A stretch of DNA of 63,619 nt, filler included, from Sphacelaria rigidula (taxonomy: Eukaryota), in NCBI GenBank assembly GCA_964200075.2. It is 10 parts of 10 records of this genome, joined end to end, with 100 filler letters (N's around TTAATTAATTAA, not from the genome) between each part and the next. Parts side by side here need not be neighbours in the genome. Positions count along the whole stretch, not along the records: positions 1 to 6,273 come from CAXNAA020021088.1; positions 6,374 to 12,645 come from CAXNAA020021089.1; positions 12,746 to 19,017 come from CAXNAA020021090.1; 7 more parts are not named here. One strand, 5' to 3'. Position numbers and translations under genes: made by a program. The notes under the pieces are model-generated. The model worked only from the letters and a program-made list of their open reading frames with translations. It was not told the origin of the DNA and did no database searches. Shown here one piece after another: positions 1 through 12,820 of the stretch; positions within the stretch are counted from its first letter, which is position 1, and every line of letters starts with the position of its first letter.

Positions 1-1390
1 TGGTGGGTACACAGAGCGGGGCTTAACCACACGCCCCCCCCCCCCCCCCCCCAATTATGCTCAGTTCATTTCTGGTTACCTATTCAGCTCCGGTGGAGTT
101 TGCATGGTGTGTGTTTGGTGAGTGAAGAGTGGAGTGAAAAGTGAAAGGGATTAATACGAGAAGATATTATAGTCCCCCCCTGTCCTGAGCACGTCGTTCA
201 AGAGGCCTTCGATAACGCTAGCGATAAGATAGGTTCGTAGAGCAGACGCCGTACAGTCGAAGATTTGCCGACTGCGTGCGCACTGAGAAAATATACTGCA
301 TTTTTCGCGGGGACGGTTGAACAGTTGAGTGAACTTTTGAGCATAGAACTCGCGTGGTGATTGATGACTGGCAGCAAGAAGCTAAAACACGATCGAGAGA
401 CAGTTGAGCAATGGACAGCCCAGAGGAAGTAAGCACTGAAGAGATGCTAACCAAAACGTTACGACTGATGGAAGCCATGCAGAGAGAGTTGATCGAAGCG
501 GCGAAACGAGACGCCATCACTGAATGTGTGTGTGAGCGAGAGAGAGAGGGAGAGAGAAAGAACCGGCCCACAGGGCATTCCTGTGCACAGTGATGCAATT
601 AATCGATTAAGCAACCCAGGGTTATCCCCGAAACAAGGCAAGATAACTACGTAGGAGGGCAAAGAGCTCACACGAACATTGTGCGAGAACGTAACTACAA
701 CAAAAATGTTTTCGTCAGAGTGAGAGAAGAGGATACGATCGAGAGTGAGAAGGGGGGGGGGCGAAGGGGTTAATCGACGAATGAACCGTTTCATTCCCCA
801 AAGGCCCCTGCACGAGGCTCGATACAGCTTTGTGTAGTGCAGTACTGGGCGGCTGAACTATTTATTTTGTAATTTGTTCGTAGTTGGCAATGTTGTTAGA
901 CTCTTTCGCGTACCATCACTCATCACATTAGAGATCTGACGATACTCATATCCCCTCCACAGTTCAATAAACAAAATCTTGTGTTCAATATTGAGTGGCT
1001 TACAGGCTGACCGGCCATCGGAGGTCCTAGTACGTTTTAGCCCAGATTCTGACTCTTCGGTATTTTCCGTCGATCGAGCCTGTCTCGATCGTGTTTGTGA
1101 AGAGATGTACAGGATTGTTTTCTAAAACTCCTACCTACTCATTGCACTAGAGCCGAAAACCTGTGCTTCACGGTCAATAATACCCTCCTGGTGAACGGAT
1201 ATCTACTCGTATCGCCCGATAACACCAAACAGCACTAACTTGAGCACTGGGGGGGAAAGACGATTCGGGCAATTACAAAAATCTACTGATGCTAGCACTT
1301 TCGAGGTCTACCCAAGAGCAGTCGCGAGAAAAAACCCTTCTGAACACAAAATACACACATGAACAGATAGCACCCTGTTGGGCACGTGTA

Positions 1391-1556
1391 CAGGGTTCAG
1401 GGAAACTGTGCAGTGTTTGTCGCGGTGATTTTGCTGTAGGGTGTTTTTTGCGCCACACAGTACGCTTCACAGGGTTTCAGGGAAGCTGTACAGCGTTTGT
1501 CGCGGTGATTTTGCTGTAGGCTTTTTTTTCGCGCCGCGCAGTACGCTTCACAGGGG
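1391..1556 (+). repeat. Tandem duplication, about 79-bp unit x2
   Basis: cagggtt(t)cagggaa.ctgt.cag.gtttgtcgcggtgattttgctgtagg...cagtacgcttca occurs twice head-to-tail. Confidence 0.85.
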
Positions 1557-2589
1557 TTTGTCACCCCGAGTGCTACTCATTGTTGTTAATATGCTGTAGA
1601 GCTCTTCTAGTGCACATGCAATACACTCCATATAGCATGGTACTGGCAGAAAGAAACGGTCGAGAAATTGTAGTGGTAGGAATCGCACTCACGATTTTGA
1701 ACCCGGGAGTGCATCCAGGTGTACATTGAGCTACTCGATTTGTTATTGCCACCGAAATATTTTTTATGCTTTTAATAACTATCGAGCAAAAGCCTCCATA
1801 AACAAAAGCATGATTGAGTGATTTTTTCCAATCATTTAGTTTTTGTTGGTAGACACTGGACCGCGGGGTTTTCATAAGCTATGTGGATTCATATGCGAGG
1901 TACGTATCCTCAATCCAGCATTCTTACTACGCCTGCAGCGGAAGCGTCACTTCAAAGCACAGGCGTGTGGACATACACTCATAAGCAGTGTGTGGGATCT
2001 CTATTCAGCGGCAGCTGTTGAGAATTCTATCCTTTAGCCCATTTGGTACATGAACTGGGGGGCAAGAGGATGAATTACTTTCATCAATTTTTTCTGCGTG
2101 TCGGATCCCATACGCTGATAACGGTGCAGTATGCGGGATATGCAGCTACACACTCTTCAGAGGGTGCGGTAGCGTACACTCGTAGCAGCACTGCAGGCAA
2201 GTAGGTAGCTACTGGATTGTTTCTGCCCAATTCGAAAGTGTGCATGTCTGCAAACGACGACCACCGCGCTTGACCCCAACGGCTCCAACACCGCTGCCGG
2301 GGCACACACCGTCCAAGGAGTATAATATCGCCAACCCACGACGCTTTTTACTCTACGACATAGCCAAGGGTGTCACTAGCAAGGTTCCTGATGATTCTCG
2401 CATGCTTGCGAGCGCCACGGCGTGCACCAAGGGCAGCTCTGCGGAGTATTGCGCTGAGGTACGAAATATTCGGCGTTCGACACACTCGAAGGCTTGGCGA
2501 AACAATCTAGCCGCTTCCTTTTTGGAGAACGTCGAGCGCCAGGTGCGAAAACGCCTAAAATCTTGGCGATCTCCGCAAAAACTGTGTCG

Positions 2590-3480
2590 ATAATGACGGG
2601 GTTAGCACACACCACGCTATTTTCGCGGAATCATTTATACTAGAAGAGTATTAACAGAGACTGCTGCGAGTACGTTTGATCATACGGGCGCAGACGCTGG
2701 AAAAAGACCGGTTTCGACAGGAAACGATGGCACCGAGTCGGGGTTTTTTGTAGCTGTGGATGATATTGAAAAATGATTTTCAGGGCACTCACTGCAACTC
2801 TACATCCGGTAGTCGATACATAAGTAACACTGGTTATCGACCGGGCATAACAGACCTGTTGCCTACCCTCGATCATCAAAAGAGTCTATGCCAGTGGCCT
2901 GTATCTTATTGATATATATGTGTTTAACGTTTGACTTGCCTAGATCATTTCACAGCGACAAAGGGTGGGGTTTCGCAGCATCGGTAGTAGGGGACCTACG
3001 TAGATGGCTTTGGGTATCACTGGACTAGGGACCCGCAAATCACCCAAAAGGTCAGAGTGCAGTTGAAAAGGCAGGGGCATGGATGTATGATGTATTATCC
3101 GAACTGTGAAATCATATCCTGACAGGTGGGACGAGTACGTGAATCCAGCGGGTTGGATCAAATGTGCACTCCTAGATCGATCCGTCTTCCGACATGCCCC
3201 CTTTTCGAGCCCTCTTCGGCCGTACTCCTCGGACTGCCCTAGACACTCTGGTGCCACATATGGACGGCAATGACACGTCTGGAGAATTTCGTAGAACAAA
3301 GGAAACGAACACTAGAACAAGTGAAACAAGTCCTGGTAGCACGACGAAATAACATGCTAAGAGCACAAAACGACCGATATACAAGTTTCACAATGCAACT
3401 TAAAGGGGAGTCGGATGGGGTGAGATAACTGCTGTTGGTGCGAGAACAAGAAGGTACTTGGCGTGGAGATGAACTCCAAC
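2590..3480 (+). mobile_element. Degenerate Ty3/Gypsy LTR-retrotransposon integrase (pol remnant)
   Basis: Manual translation across stops and frameshifts gives GLAHTTL..NHLY*KSINRDCCEYV (zinc-binding region), LVIDRA, CLTFDLPRSFHSDKG, LRRWL..LD*GPANHPKGQSAVEKAGAWMYDVLSEL, YPDRWDEYV and MPPFRALFGRTPRTALDTLVP. These are the rve DDE core and C-terminal motifs in the expected order. Confidence 0.85.
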
Positions 3481-6273
3481 CACAGAATGGCAATCATTGC
3501 CTCACCCGTAATCAGTGTAGAAACAATCAATTAAAATATTTGGGGTTGAACACTAAAATGGGGTTCAAGCGACATATTTGTTTGCAGTAATGGCGCGAAA
3601 CGGTTACACCACGAAAAAACATCTCCCCCCCAAAAAATCTGCAGCAGTCAAGCAGTTGTGGCTAGGTGCACCGAACGAATGCGGTGTACACGCGTGTCGA
3701 TGACGATGCCACCGGAGGAGTAGCGGCAGAGAGGAAGCCCCTTGCCCGCATCCTTTACATGTCCTCGCTTGTCGATTCCCAATCGCTCGAGAGACTGGCA
3801 TCATGCATGTTACCAGAATGTACCCAGTTTCCCATGTGCCGGTAGGCAGGTTATTGCTGTACAGCCCCCCAAAGAAATTCAAGGTGCGAAGGGATCTCGT
3901 CTCTTCTTGTCTGTGGAGCTTACCAATGCAAAGGTGGATTCCTCTCTGCATCTCGTTTTGGACAGGACGCGCCTCTGTGCGCTGCAGAACACGTCCTTGA
4001 AAAACAGGGCGATATTTCTGTCACCGCTACCGTTTTCTGTCATACACATGCCAGTAAGGACGGTGCTGCTGTGGAAATAACAGACTCAACCGCAAGTTGG
4101 GGGGTGTTATCCATCGCTGATTTTACACGACATGTGTCCTCGTACCTTTGCGTGCGCAACAACAAGAAGAGCGTACCACACGCCAGTTTGGGGGATGTAG
4201 AGATCAAACACTTGTGGAGGCTTTCCTGTCATGCGGAGTGAAAAACGATACCTATGGTGGTGACCTAACTGTTGCTGGCGTGGCGCATGAGGGCGCCTCT
4301 ATGCTGCAACCTTGAGCACCCACTCACCCTCTGCGTGTGTCGCTGTGGCTTTTGATAATCCCCAACTGAGGAGGTCATTCATTACAAGCTGGGGCGAGAT
4401 ATATTTCACGGGGAACAAGAGTGCTCTATGAACAGCCAATTGTCGTTGCATTTGAGACCCATGCCATCAACCGCCGACCGCAAAGGTCTTGTGGCTTTCA
4501 AGCCACGCGTGCGGCAGTACGCCAAACAAACCTGGTCAAAGCTAGCTTTCGTTTCTGTACTGTCTGTACTGACTATCGCGGCGTCTGTACAATCACCTCC
4601 TAACATCACCGAGATTGACAAGGGTTGTGAAAATGAAACAGTTTCATTGTTTCAACTAATCCCACACCGTGCACCATGTAAGGGATTCTCGAGGACTGCG
4701 GGAAAGTAGCCGCCTTGGGTTCGGTCAACCGTGCGAGGATACGGTCGAACAGCAATACCACACTATGCCGGGATTGGCATAAATCAATCAGTGTAGAACC
4801 GACGTGAAATTGACAGCTTTACGTTCCGAGCAGAACGCTATGCACCTGGAACGGTTTGCATGTGGAAAAACGCAGATTTTTATGAGGAAAAACTCTCTGT
4901 GACCCCGTCAGTGCTACATGAGCTGGCAAAAACTCTATCGTCGTTTCTTGAATACCTAGTGGGGGGGCGGGGAAGCCACCCTCCCGCAGCTCTTGAGAGT
5001 CCTTTACATTGTGTTTGAAGCCCCCGTTTCATTTCACATGGTCCCGGGTTGGCTGCGCTAGTCTCAGTCCAATTAGGTATGACTGGTAAAACAGTTGGTG
5101 AATCTATTGGGGGGGATATTATAGGGTGGATACTGACCTTGTAAAGAAGACCATGGTGAAGTAATTCGACTGCGGGTCCTGGCACCCTAACCTGCTCGAA
5201 GATGAGAGACTGAAAATAATGGGATATGTCACTACCCGTGATCCCTACCCGCTTGGAAAAAGAACATATCCCAAAATGATCTCTGAGACCCATATTCGTC
5301 CCTCGATAATAAACTGCCACTCACTGCTGAACACTATAAACGACGCCACCTGTCCTTCACCAAGGAATGGCCTACATGCTGAACGCTGTGCGTGCGTGTC
5401 GCTTCATCGCTACTAGAAAATAGCAACAGGCAAGGTCGTATCAAGCAGCTTCAGCCTTAGGCCGCGGCTTTTGATACGTAATATGGATGTTATTGGAGCT
5501 AGTCGCGGTATGTTACGACAGTAAACATGCGTAGCTCGCCTGACCAACGACGTAGCTCATATTCCCATTGCGTGAGTTGCCCCATCCATGCCTGACAAGC
5601 GCAAAACATACTCGTCTGTTGAGACACGTGTGCAAGTACATGGAAAAGTGAGGTTTTACAAGAAGACTGCTATTCGACAGTAGTCAAGAGTTCTCCGGCA
5701 AACGTTTGCAGCGGTCAGTAAGCTAATGGGTCTCATCAAATTTTCAGGAGTTCGTACCGCCCAACCATAAACGGTGGGGTGGATGGAGTCAACCTAGCGA
5801 TGTCGTAAATGCTGTTGATCATGATTCGGCGAATGACAGACAGATTGGAATTTGTACCTGCTTTTTGTACAAATTAAGTAAAACCTATCGCTTCACGTCG
5901 CCATCGGTCTCGCACCAAGCGACATTCACATTGGTCGCATGCCGAGGTTGCCGCTACGATTGATCTTGCGCACTAATTCACTCACACTCGTTACTTGTTT
6001 TGCCACAGACCCAAGCAATCGATCTGACTTGTCGTCCAAGCTTTGCTTTGCTATGAGCCGAGCCGGCGATGACGTATCGCCTAGGGAAATGGCCTAAAAA
6101 GGTATACCTTCTCGTTTTTTTGCCTAGGAAAGGTACGAAAAATGGCCAGAATCGCGAAAATAGCCACAAACACGCCATATTGACCCTTTACGCTTCGGAG
6201 TTTTCATGCACATCGTTCGGGGGGGGGGGGGGGGCTTGGGCACCCGGTTCTCTAAAAAAAAAACTACAACAAA

Positions 6274-6373
6274 NNNNNNNNNNNNNNNNNNNNNNNNNNN
6301 NNNNNNNNNNNNNNNNNTTAATTAATTAANNNNNNNNNNNNNNNNNNNNNNNNNNNNNNNNNNNNNNNNNNNN
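6274..6373. other. Artificial contig linker (N44-TTAATTAATTAA-N44). Identical linkers at 12646-12745, 19018-19117, 25390-25489, 31762-31861, 38134-38233, 44506-44605, 50878-50977, 57249-57348
   Basis: Nine identical 100-bp spacers with a six-frame stop core separate contigs of decreasing length (6273 to 6271 bp). This is an assembly concatenation, not biology. Confidence 0.98.
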
Positions 6374-6481
6374 TGATCATCCTGCATTTGGATGACAGGC
6401 TACAATGAGTTGCTTCATTCTGTGGTATCGCCACTTCCAGAGACAGCCACGGCTTATACACTGTCTCATAGGTGTCGAACC
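6374..6481 (-). mobile_element. Family A (poly(C)-tailed non-autonomous retroelement), internal fragment at contig end
   Basis: Reverse complement closely matches 63494-63600 (ggtt.gacacc.atgag.cagtgtataagccgtggctgtctctggaagtgg). Confidence 0.85.
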
Positions 6482-6489
6482 TGTGTGTG

Positions 6490-6575
6490 TGGGGGGAGGG
6501 GGGCAGGGTACTCATTTTTTACTCGTCTTAGTCGTTGACCATTGACCGTGCATCCCTTTCGAGACGGGTCACCGC
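6490..6575 (-). mobile_element. 5'-truncated LINE 3' end (family B) with C-rich tail
   Basis: gggtactcat...ttagtcgttgaccattgaccgtgcatccctttcgagacgg matches the 3' terminus of the LINE at 40150-41290. G-rich sequence lies on both sides. Confidence 0.8.
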
Positions 6576-7513
6576 CTGGCGGGAGAGGGGTCGGGCGGGG
6601 AGGGCGTTGATCGTAAAGCTCAACGTTGGAAGTTGCGACCCATGTCGTGAAAACATTTCACACGTCGGACAGGTGATGAGCTACCATCAAATGGTCATTC
6701 GAAGAGGACTCCCACGAGGATATCCGTAGTCCAAGAAGACAGAATACGTGATAGTTGAGTCCGGGAAGCCAAAGCGCTACCTTTTGTTGCGCTACTTGCT
6801 GTACTTTGGGGAGCGACTGCGAAAAAAAGGGCTAAGTGAGCTGGCTCATGAGCTGTCCGGCGTGTGGAACATTTCCGTTTGGGGTTGAAAACAAGGGGAA
6901 GCGGTTGAGAGTGCGACAACGTTTCGGCAGCTTGAACGGGCGATACCGCGATAGCCCCTCCGTCAGAAGAATGACTGGTTTGAAGAAAAATCTACATGTA
7001 AAGAACAAGATGACGGAAGCCAGGCACACCAAGCAGCTGGGAGTTCACATGCGTGATATCGTTTTCACCAACGTCGCCCGTGTGAGGCTCTTCATGAAGT
7101 CTGAAACCGGCTATCATGTGCTGTATGGTCTTTTTTTTTTTCGTGACAGTTTTGTGGATGGTTTGGGGAGAAGAGCTATCGCGGCATCGCTCACCCATAT
7201 AGGTGGAATGTCAAGTTATCTTCTCCACACCCTGGACAATAGATTATATTGTGGAAAAATGTGCTGCGTACAGTATGAAATCTCTTGTCTGTTGCGATAG
7301 GTGCAAAAGGCGATACTGTACGCAGTACACTTCATGACTGTGTATTCTCTTGTCCAGGGTATGATATTCTCAGCACAAACTGCTGGGGGAGGTACGTGCC
7401 TTTGTCATATGTTATTTTCCAGGATAGAAACACCTCCGCTCCTTCTCCAAGCTCCCTCCCTTCCTGCCCCTCCCCCACTCCCTCCTCCTCCTTTGCCCTG
7501 GTGCCATAATCAG

Positions 7514-10500
7514 CCACGTGGTGAAGAAGTTGAATTTCGGGACGCAATTCCCCACTCGGAACCGGTGGGTTAACCCGGACGCCTTGAATCTGGAGGGGAT
7601 GTTCACCTTGGAAGACCGGACCTATACCGTGGATAGGCTCCACAGTGCTCCGCACCACTACATCAAGGTGAAGAAGTGGGCTTCCCTTCCCCCCCCCCTC
7701 TCCATCCTCCCTCTCCCCCCTCCCTGCTCTGGTCCGTCTCGAAAGGGATTCGTGACCAGTGGTCTATTGAAGGCTTGCAGCAAATAAGTACCCCCATTCT
7801 CACCCAATTTTGGGGTTGTTACTTGTTGAGAACGATTCATTTATAACTACTGAGAAATCGATGATGGGAAAAGTCGAGCAACGAGTACGTTGGTATTGGC
7901 GTTGTACCGTACACCATGCGAAAAATCTAGAGTGACGTGACGCGGCGTGAATTGATCGAATGTGGGGGAGGGGGTTGAACATGATGGGTGTTGCCTCTGT
8001 GGTGTGTTGTGTCGTGTGTTACATACACGAACGCTGTTTTTGTGTGGTCTTGTGTTTAGTGTGAGGGAGTGTTGCTTGCATGTCGCGTTTCGGCTATCGA
8101 GTGTGTTGTGTGTTGTGTGCCGGAAGATGTCCCAAGGTTGTGTAGAGTACGGGTACGGGTATGTTCGGTAGGGTATGATATTTCTTCCAGAACTTGCGGA
8201 ACTGGCGGGTACCGGTGTGAAAGCCTTACACAACTTACAGAACCTGTCGGGTAGGGTACGGAGATTGCACAGAAAGCCTTACCCGTAACCGGGTATTTTC
8301 TACCAGGGTACGCCCGTACCCCGGGTAAGGGTGAATGTTTCCGTGCAGATACGGGTAATACCCAGGTTACTACCTCGGGTATACTAAAAATCGCACCCCA
8401 CGGAACACAAGCTTGGAAGATTCTCTTGGTGGACAGTTTTTCGTTGGTTGCGTGTGGTGTGTTGGAGTCGTTTGCTCGCGTTGGGATCCCACTGTCCTTT
8501 TGTGTGGCCTTTCATTGCGTGCAGCACGTTGACGTTGGGTATAATCCCCTGCCCCCTACTGAAGCGAGCCGAAGTCCAGATCACTGTTTCGTTGGGGAAA
8601 GGGACGTCATGGTAAATGACGATTTGTGCGAAAAATGTACGGTACGTGGACATTAATGCCCCACTCCCCCTACCTCCGTGCTGCATTTACTACACGGGAC
8701 AGTATTTTTTTCAATGAACCTCATGCTGCATGTGTATGTGGTGGTCGCCGTCGGCGAGGAGGAATGAAAGAAAACAATGCCGTGCACCGCACTGCGGTAA
8801 CTTGTCTTCCGTTAGTTAGTGTAAGAGGAGCTCGTGTTTCTTTCCAGGGTCTTCCACACTCCTTTATGTCCCTCTTCGGAGAAAAAAAAATACTCTTGAC
8901 CGGAAACGAATATGACAGCAGTGAGAAAAGCCTCTCCAGGCAGTTGTTTATTGTTTTTGTGTAACTTTTTCCCTCCATGGTTTTTCGGCACTTGGTCTAC
9001 TTTACTTGCTTGCCTACCTACCTGCCTACCTGCCTGCCTAATTTTGTTGAGTGTGCCTGTGTGTTTGGATACATGCATGCATGGATGAATTGGGCCGCCT
9101 GGGATCGAACCAACGAATTGTCAGGTCGTTTCCACGTTTGTGGGGCCGCGAAAGAACTTCGCGAAGAACGACGATGACACTCTTCAGTACCAGATGATGA
9201 TCTCCAGTCAGAACATGCCGTACGAGCTTGATCAGGTGAGGCTTGAACGAACACGGCGTTGTGCAACGGTACAGTACGGTACATATGTACATGTCGCCTT
9301 GCGTTGCAGAGTGTGCGGTGTGTGTGTTGTGTATGCGAGTTTACCGGGCTATTTGTGTCGACCGTTCGGTGCAAAATATGTCTGTCTGTTTCGATGAACG
9401 GCGTGAAAACATTCCTGCTGAACGTGGGAGGGCCAAAGACGAAATATATGAGGGGAAAAATGAACAGTAAATGTTGAAAGGAGAGAGGGGCCTATAATAG
9501 CAGGATGCTCGAGAGTAAGTGGCAGTACTGCTCGAGCCACGCCTTACCTTTCAGGGGTATTTCATTCGTATAGACACGCAAAAAGTCGTTCGTGTATATA
9601 ATGACCAAAGTGGGGACGAACCTTGACTGTTTATTGCGGGGGCTACGTGTACTGATGAACGCGGCTATGCTGCGCATAGCGATTGGAGAGGAAGGGATAT
9701 TTGCGGATGTAGACACCAGCAAGTGACTTCGTCGGGCTCTGAGCATACAAGGTGGGTTAATGGGCAATTTTCCACGCGTGAGGGAGCTGCTCTGCATGTA
9801 TGCCCCCGGAGAACACGGTTTGTTGCCCAGCAGTGAAGAGGCAAACCCGCGACCCTTTGGAAGGGTGCTTGTTGACTGTTGTGAAGAACAAATTCAAGTT
9901 TTTTTTGGCTCGTTGACGTTGGCCACTTGTTACAGGGACTATGAATTTATTTTCTCGTATGTGTATTTTCAACAATCCGATGTGCCGATTTTTTTGGTTT
10001 TCTATGCCGCTGGGCCTCAATATCAACAGCCCACATTTTCCCTTGTTTTTGTTTGTAAAAAAGTAGAAAACCTTACCCAACACTTACCCAGTGAGCGGGT
10101 TTTTATGCCGATTACCTGATGGCTCGGCTATACCGCCTCGCGGCGGTCATGTAGGGTGAGCGCCTCGAGCGTTCGGAAAGCGTTTGCTTAAGGCAGTGCG
10201 GGGTTTCGAACCCACTGAAATCCCTCGTCAACTTGGAGCAGTGCGCGCGTTGCGTTACTCTCATGAGCTTCGACGGTAGAGCCCACATCTTCACAACTGA
10301 CAACTACCTACCGTTCCACTTGGGTTACTTCTGACGATGTTACTTCTGCCGGCGACGACACCCCCCCCCCCCCCCCCCCCAACAGATACCGGAGGCGAAG
10401 TTCAGCTACGACCTGAGTCCCATGTCCGTCCACGTCAAGGAGCGCCGTCGCAAGTGGTATGACTTTCTCACGTCAGTATTGGCCATCGTAGGGGGCACGT

Positions 10501-10562
10501 TCACCGTGGTGGGCGTTCTTGACAACGTTCTGTTCAGGGTCATCAAGCAAAAGAAGATCTGA
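7514..10562 (+). CDS. ERGIC/Erv41-Erv46 family (COPII vesicle protein; PDI-C/PDIL5-4-like) C-terminal part. Exons 7514-7667, 9125-9235, 10386-10562; 5' end missing
   Basis: GT-AG exons splice in frame: HVVKKLNFG...SAPHHYIK|VVSTFV...LQYQMMISSQ...DQ|IPEAKFSYDLSPMSVHVKERRRKWYDFLTSVLAIVGGTFTVVGVLD..IKQKKI*. YIKVV.T, F.YDLSPM and AIVGGTFTV are hallmark ERGIC C-domain motifs. It ends in a TM helix and a KxKxx retrieval signal. Confidence 0.93.
8140..8385. mobile_element. Intronic non-autonomous DNA transposon fragment (probably hAT-like) with GGGTA/TACCC subterminal motifs
   Basis: Dense direct and inverted cgggta/tacccg motifs. A related cagaacttacagaac motif occurs at about 43925. Confidence 0.5.
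10120..10290 (-). mobile_element. tRNA-derived SINE-like element (intronic)
   Basis: Minus strand has agctcatgagagtaacgc (A-box-like) followed by gggttcgaaacccc (B box). No complete cloverleaf. Confidence 0.5.
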
Positions 10563-12745
10563 TGAAGATGAACGATTCAAGTCGTCGCAAGAAAAAGGAA
10601 GGGATTGAAGAATCGTTGAAAAATTATTACACTGCAACTGAATCTGAGGGGTGAGGAAAGAAGAATGAAAACGAGGGATGAGTGAAGAAGCTGAACTGGA
10701 GAAGCATATAATAGAGTGGTAGCGTCAAGTTAGTACGACGCTCGGGGAGGAAAGGAGGGTGGAGAAATAACGCTAGGGCGAGATGTGTGTGTCACGCGCT
10801 AACGGCTAACGAGCGTACAGTACATACAGTTATAGCAAGGCAGGCGGTCCTTTTTTTTTTCTCGTGTGGTGCTCGTGGTGATAATGACCCAAGTCTCCTG
10901 TACCTGTAGTTGAACGGCTGAAGGAGGTGCTGCTGCTGCTGTGCCCACTCTCTTTTTTTTTCTTCTTGCCCGGCGTTTTTTGTCATTCGGTATTGAGTTA
11001 GGAGGGGGGGGTGGGGGGCGTTTTTGTTGTCTGTGGGTGTGTGAATGTGTCCGTGTTTTTTCGTTCTTCGCGTTTTGACTTTGCCAGAGCTCCCTGGTGT
11101 GTCCCAGTGTGTGACGGTGTATCTTCACCTCGCGCAACGATCCTGTTAAGCCCCATCAAAATGCCCACCTTTCTCGGAAATGTGTTATCTCGAATTAACG
11201 CTAACGCCAACCCTAACCCCAACCCAAAGGCAAAAGGACAAACCTCAGGCGAGGGGGGTGAAAAGTGCCCCCTAATGTTCCTGGAGTGTGGCGTTGGTGA
11301 ACTTCAATCGGCGCGGCAGGCACGCGCCGATTTTGACCAGGAAGCATTTCTGCATACGTTAGGTGCACTTGGAACTGCCAGCCCCACTACTGATCCATAT
11401 ATCGGTGTTCACGCTCAAATCGAGCAACGAAAATCCGGGAAAGTTCCATCCGACCAAGTAGTGGAAGTCTACAGCTTTTTTGTCGGTGAAAATGTTTGTA
11501 AAAGATACGTGCATAGGGTGTATGCCATGTGCACACGTGGGGAAGTGTTTCATGCCGGTCTGACGCGTAGGACACCTTCGTGCGTAGTGATACATTGGGG
11601 TTGCGAAGTCGCACCGTATTCCTGATGTTACTGTCTGTTGGCCTTCCTCCCGTGTGATTTAACAGCGTTTTCGTGAGATTGAGGAGATAGAATATGGTTG
11701 AGGGTGAAGAGCGGTCAATTACTGAATGAACGGCTTCAGTTCCGGAATGCCCCTCCATGAAGCCCGATATGCTTTCTACAGTTTTTTGCCACTAAAGCCC
11801 TTGATACCCCTGAAAAGGATATCGATGTGTAGCTGTAAGCACACAGATGATGAGAAATTGGTCAAGTTGAAGCGAATGATCAAACCCACTCTCGATCAAC
11901 GCCTTCTCAAATCTCACAAAAACATTGCATGTAATATACCGAAAGGTGTGGACTGGCGTTCGAAACAGATTGGATGGAAACACACGCACTGTTATCAAGT
12001 TATCCCCTTGTCTTGGGGAACATGAGTTTTTACAGGACCTCCCATCCTCGGAGTACGTCTGTTTTAATAGAAATGCTCGAAGTACACCCGCGTGCGTTGT
12101 TCTTCACGTCGACTCTATCCCCCACCCCTTCCATCCCCTTCATGGGGACGAGAGCGTAGTCTCAAAAATGATTAATCGTCCGTTCCTCGACCGGTACGGG
12201 CCGGCAAGTTGCTATCTATTGGGCTTTACATCACCGCTCCCGCAGCCGGCATCGCCTAGCACCATCAAATTAATTGTTCTTACCCCTCGCGTCCTGACAT
12301 TTTCGACGACGGTATCGTCGGTCGGTGTTGAAAACCACAAGCTCCGATGGATTGGGCGAAAGCCCTCACCATAAAAATGACAGGGTTTGAGGAAGTAAAG
12401 TCTACATGCTATGACAAAAACGGAGCACACCGAGGAGCTGGGCACGCTCGGGATCGTTCTCGTCAATGTTGCCCGCATGAGGTGCTTAATGCAGTCTGAA
12501 GCGAGCTATGATCATGCGTTGAATGGTCATTTTTTTGTGTCAGTTTTGGAGCTGGTTTGAACAGTGTTTTCGTGAGATTGAGAGTGAAAAGCGGTCAATC
12601 AGTGAATGAGAAGTTTCAGTTCCGAAATGCACTTCCACGAGGCCCNNNNNNNNNNNNNNNNNNNNNNNNNNNNNNNNNNNNNNNNNNNNTTAATTAATTA
12701 ANNNNNNNNNNNNNNNNNNNNNNNNNNNNNNNNNNNNNNNNNNNN

Positions 12746-12820
12746 CCGTTCCGGCTTTGTAGGGATGCGAGGTCAATGGTGTTGATGACTATGGCATGCA
12801 TGATCATGAGTAGAACCCCC
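12746..12820 (+). mobile_element. Family A 3' end
   Basis: ccgttccggctttgtagggatgcgaggtcaatggt..tgatgactatggcatgcatgatcatgagta followed by a C run. Confidence 0.85.

Noticed and set aside
411..593. Small standalone gene MDSPEEVST...
   Set aside because: Runs into (GT)/(GA) microsatellite with no splice or domain support. At most a decayed gag start upstream of the Gypsy remnant.
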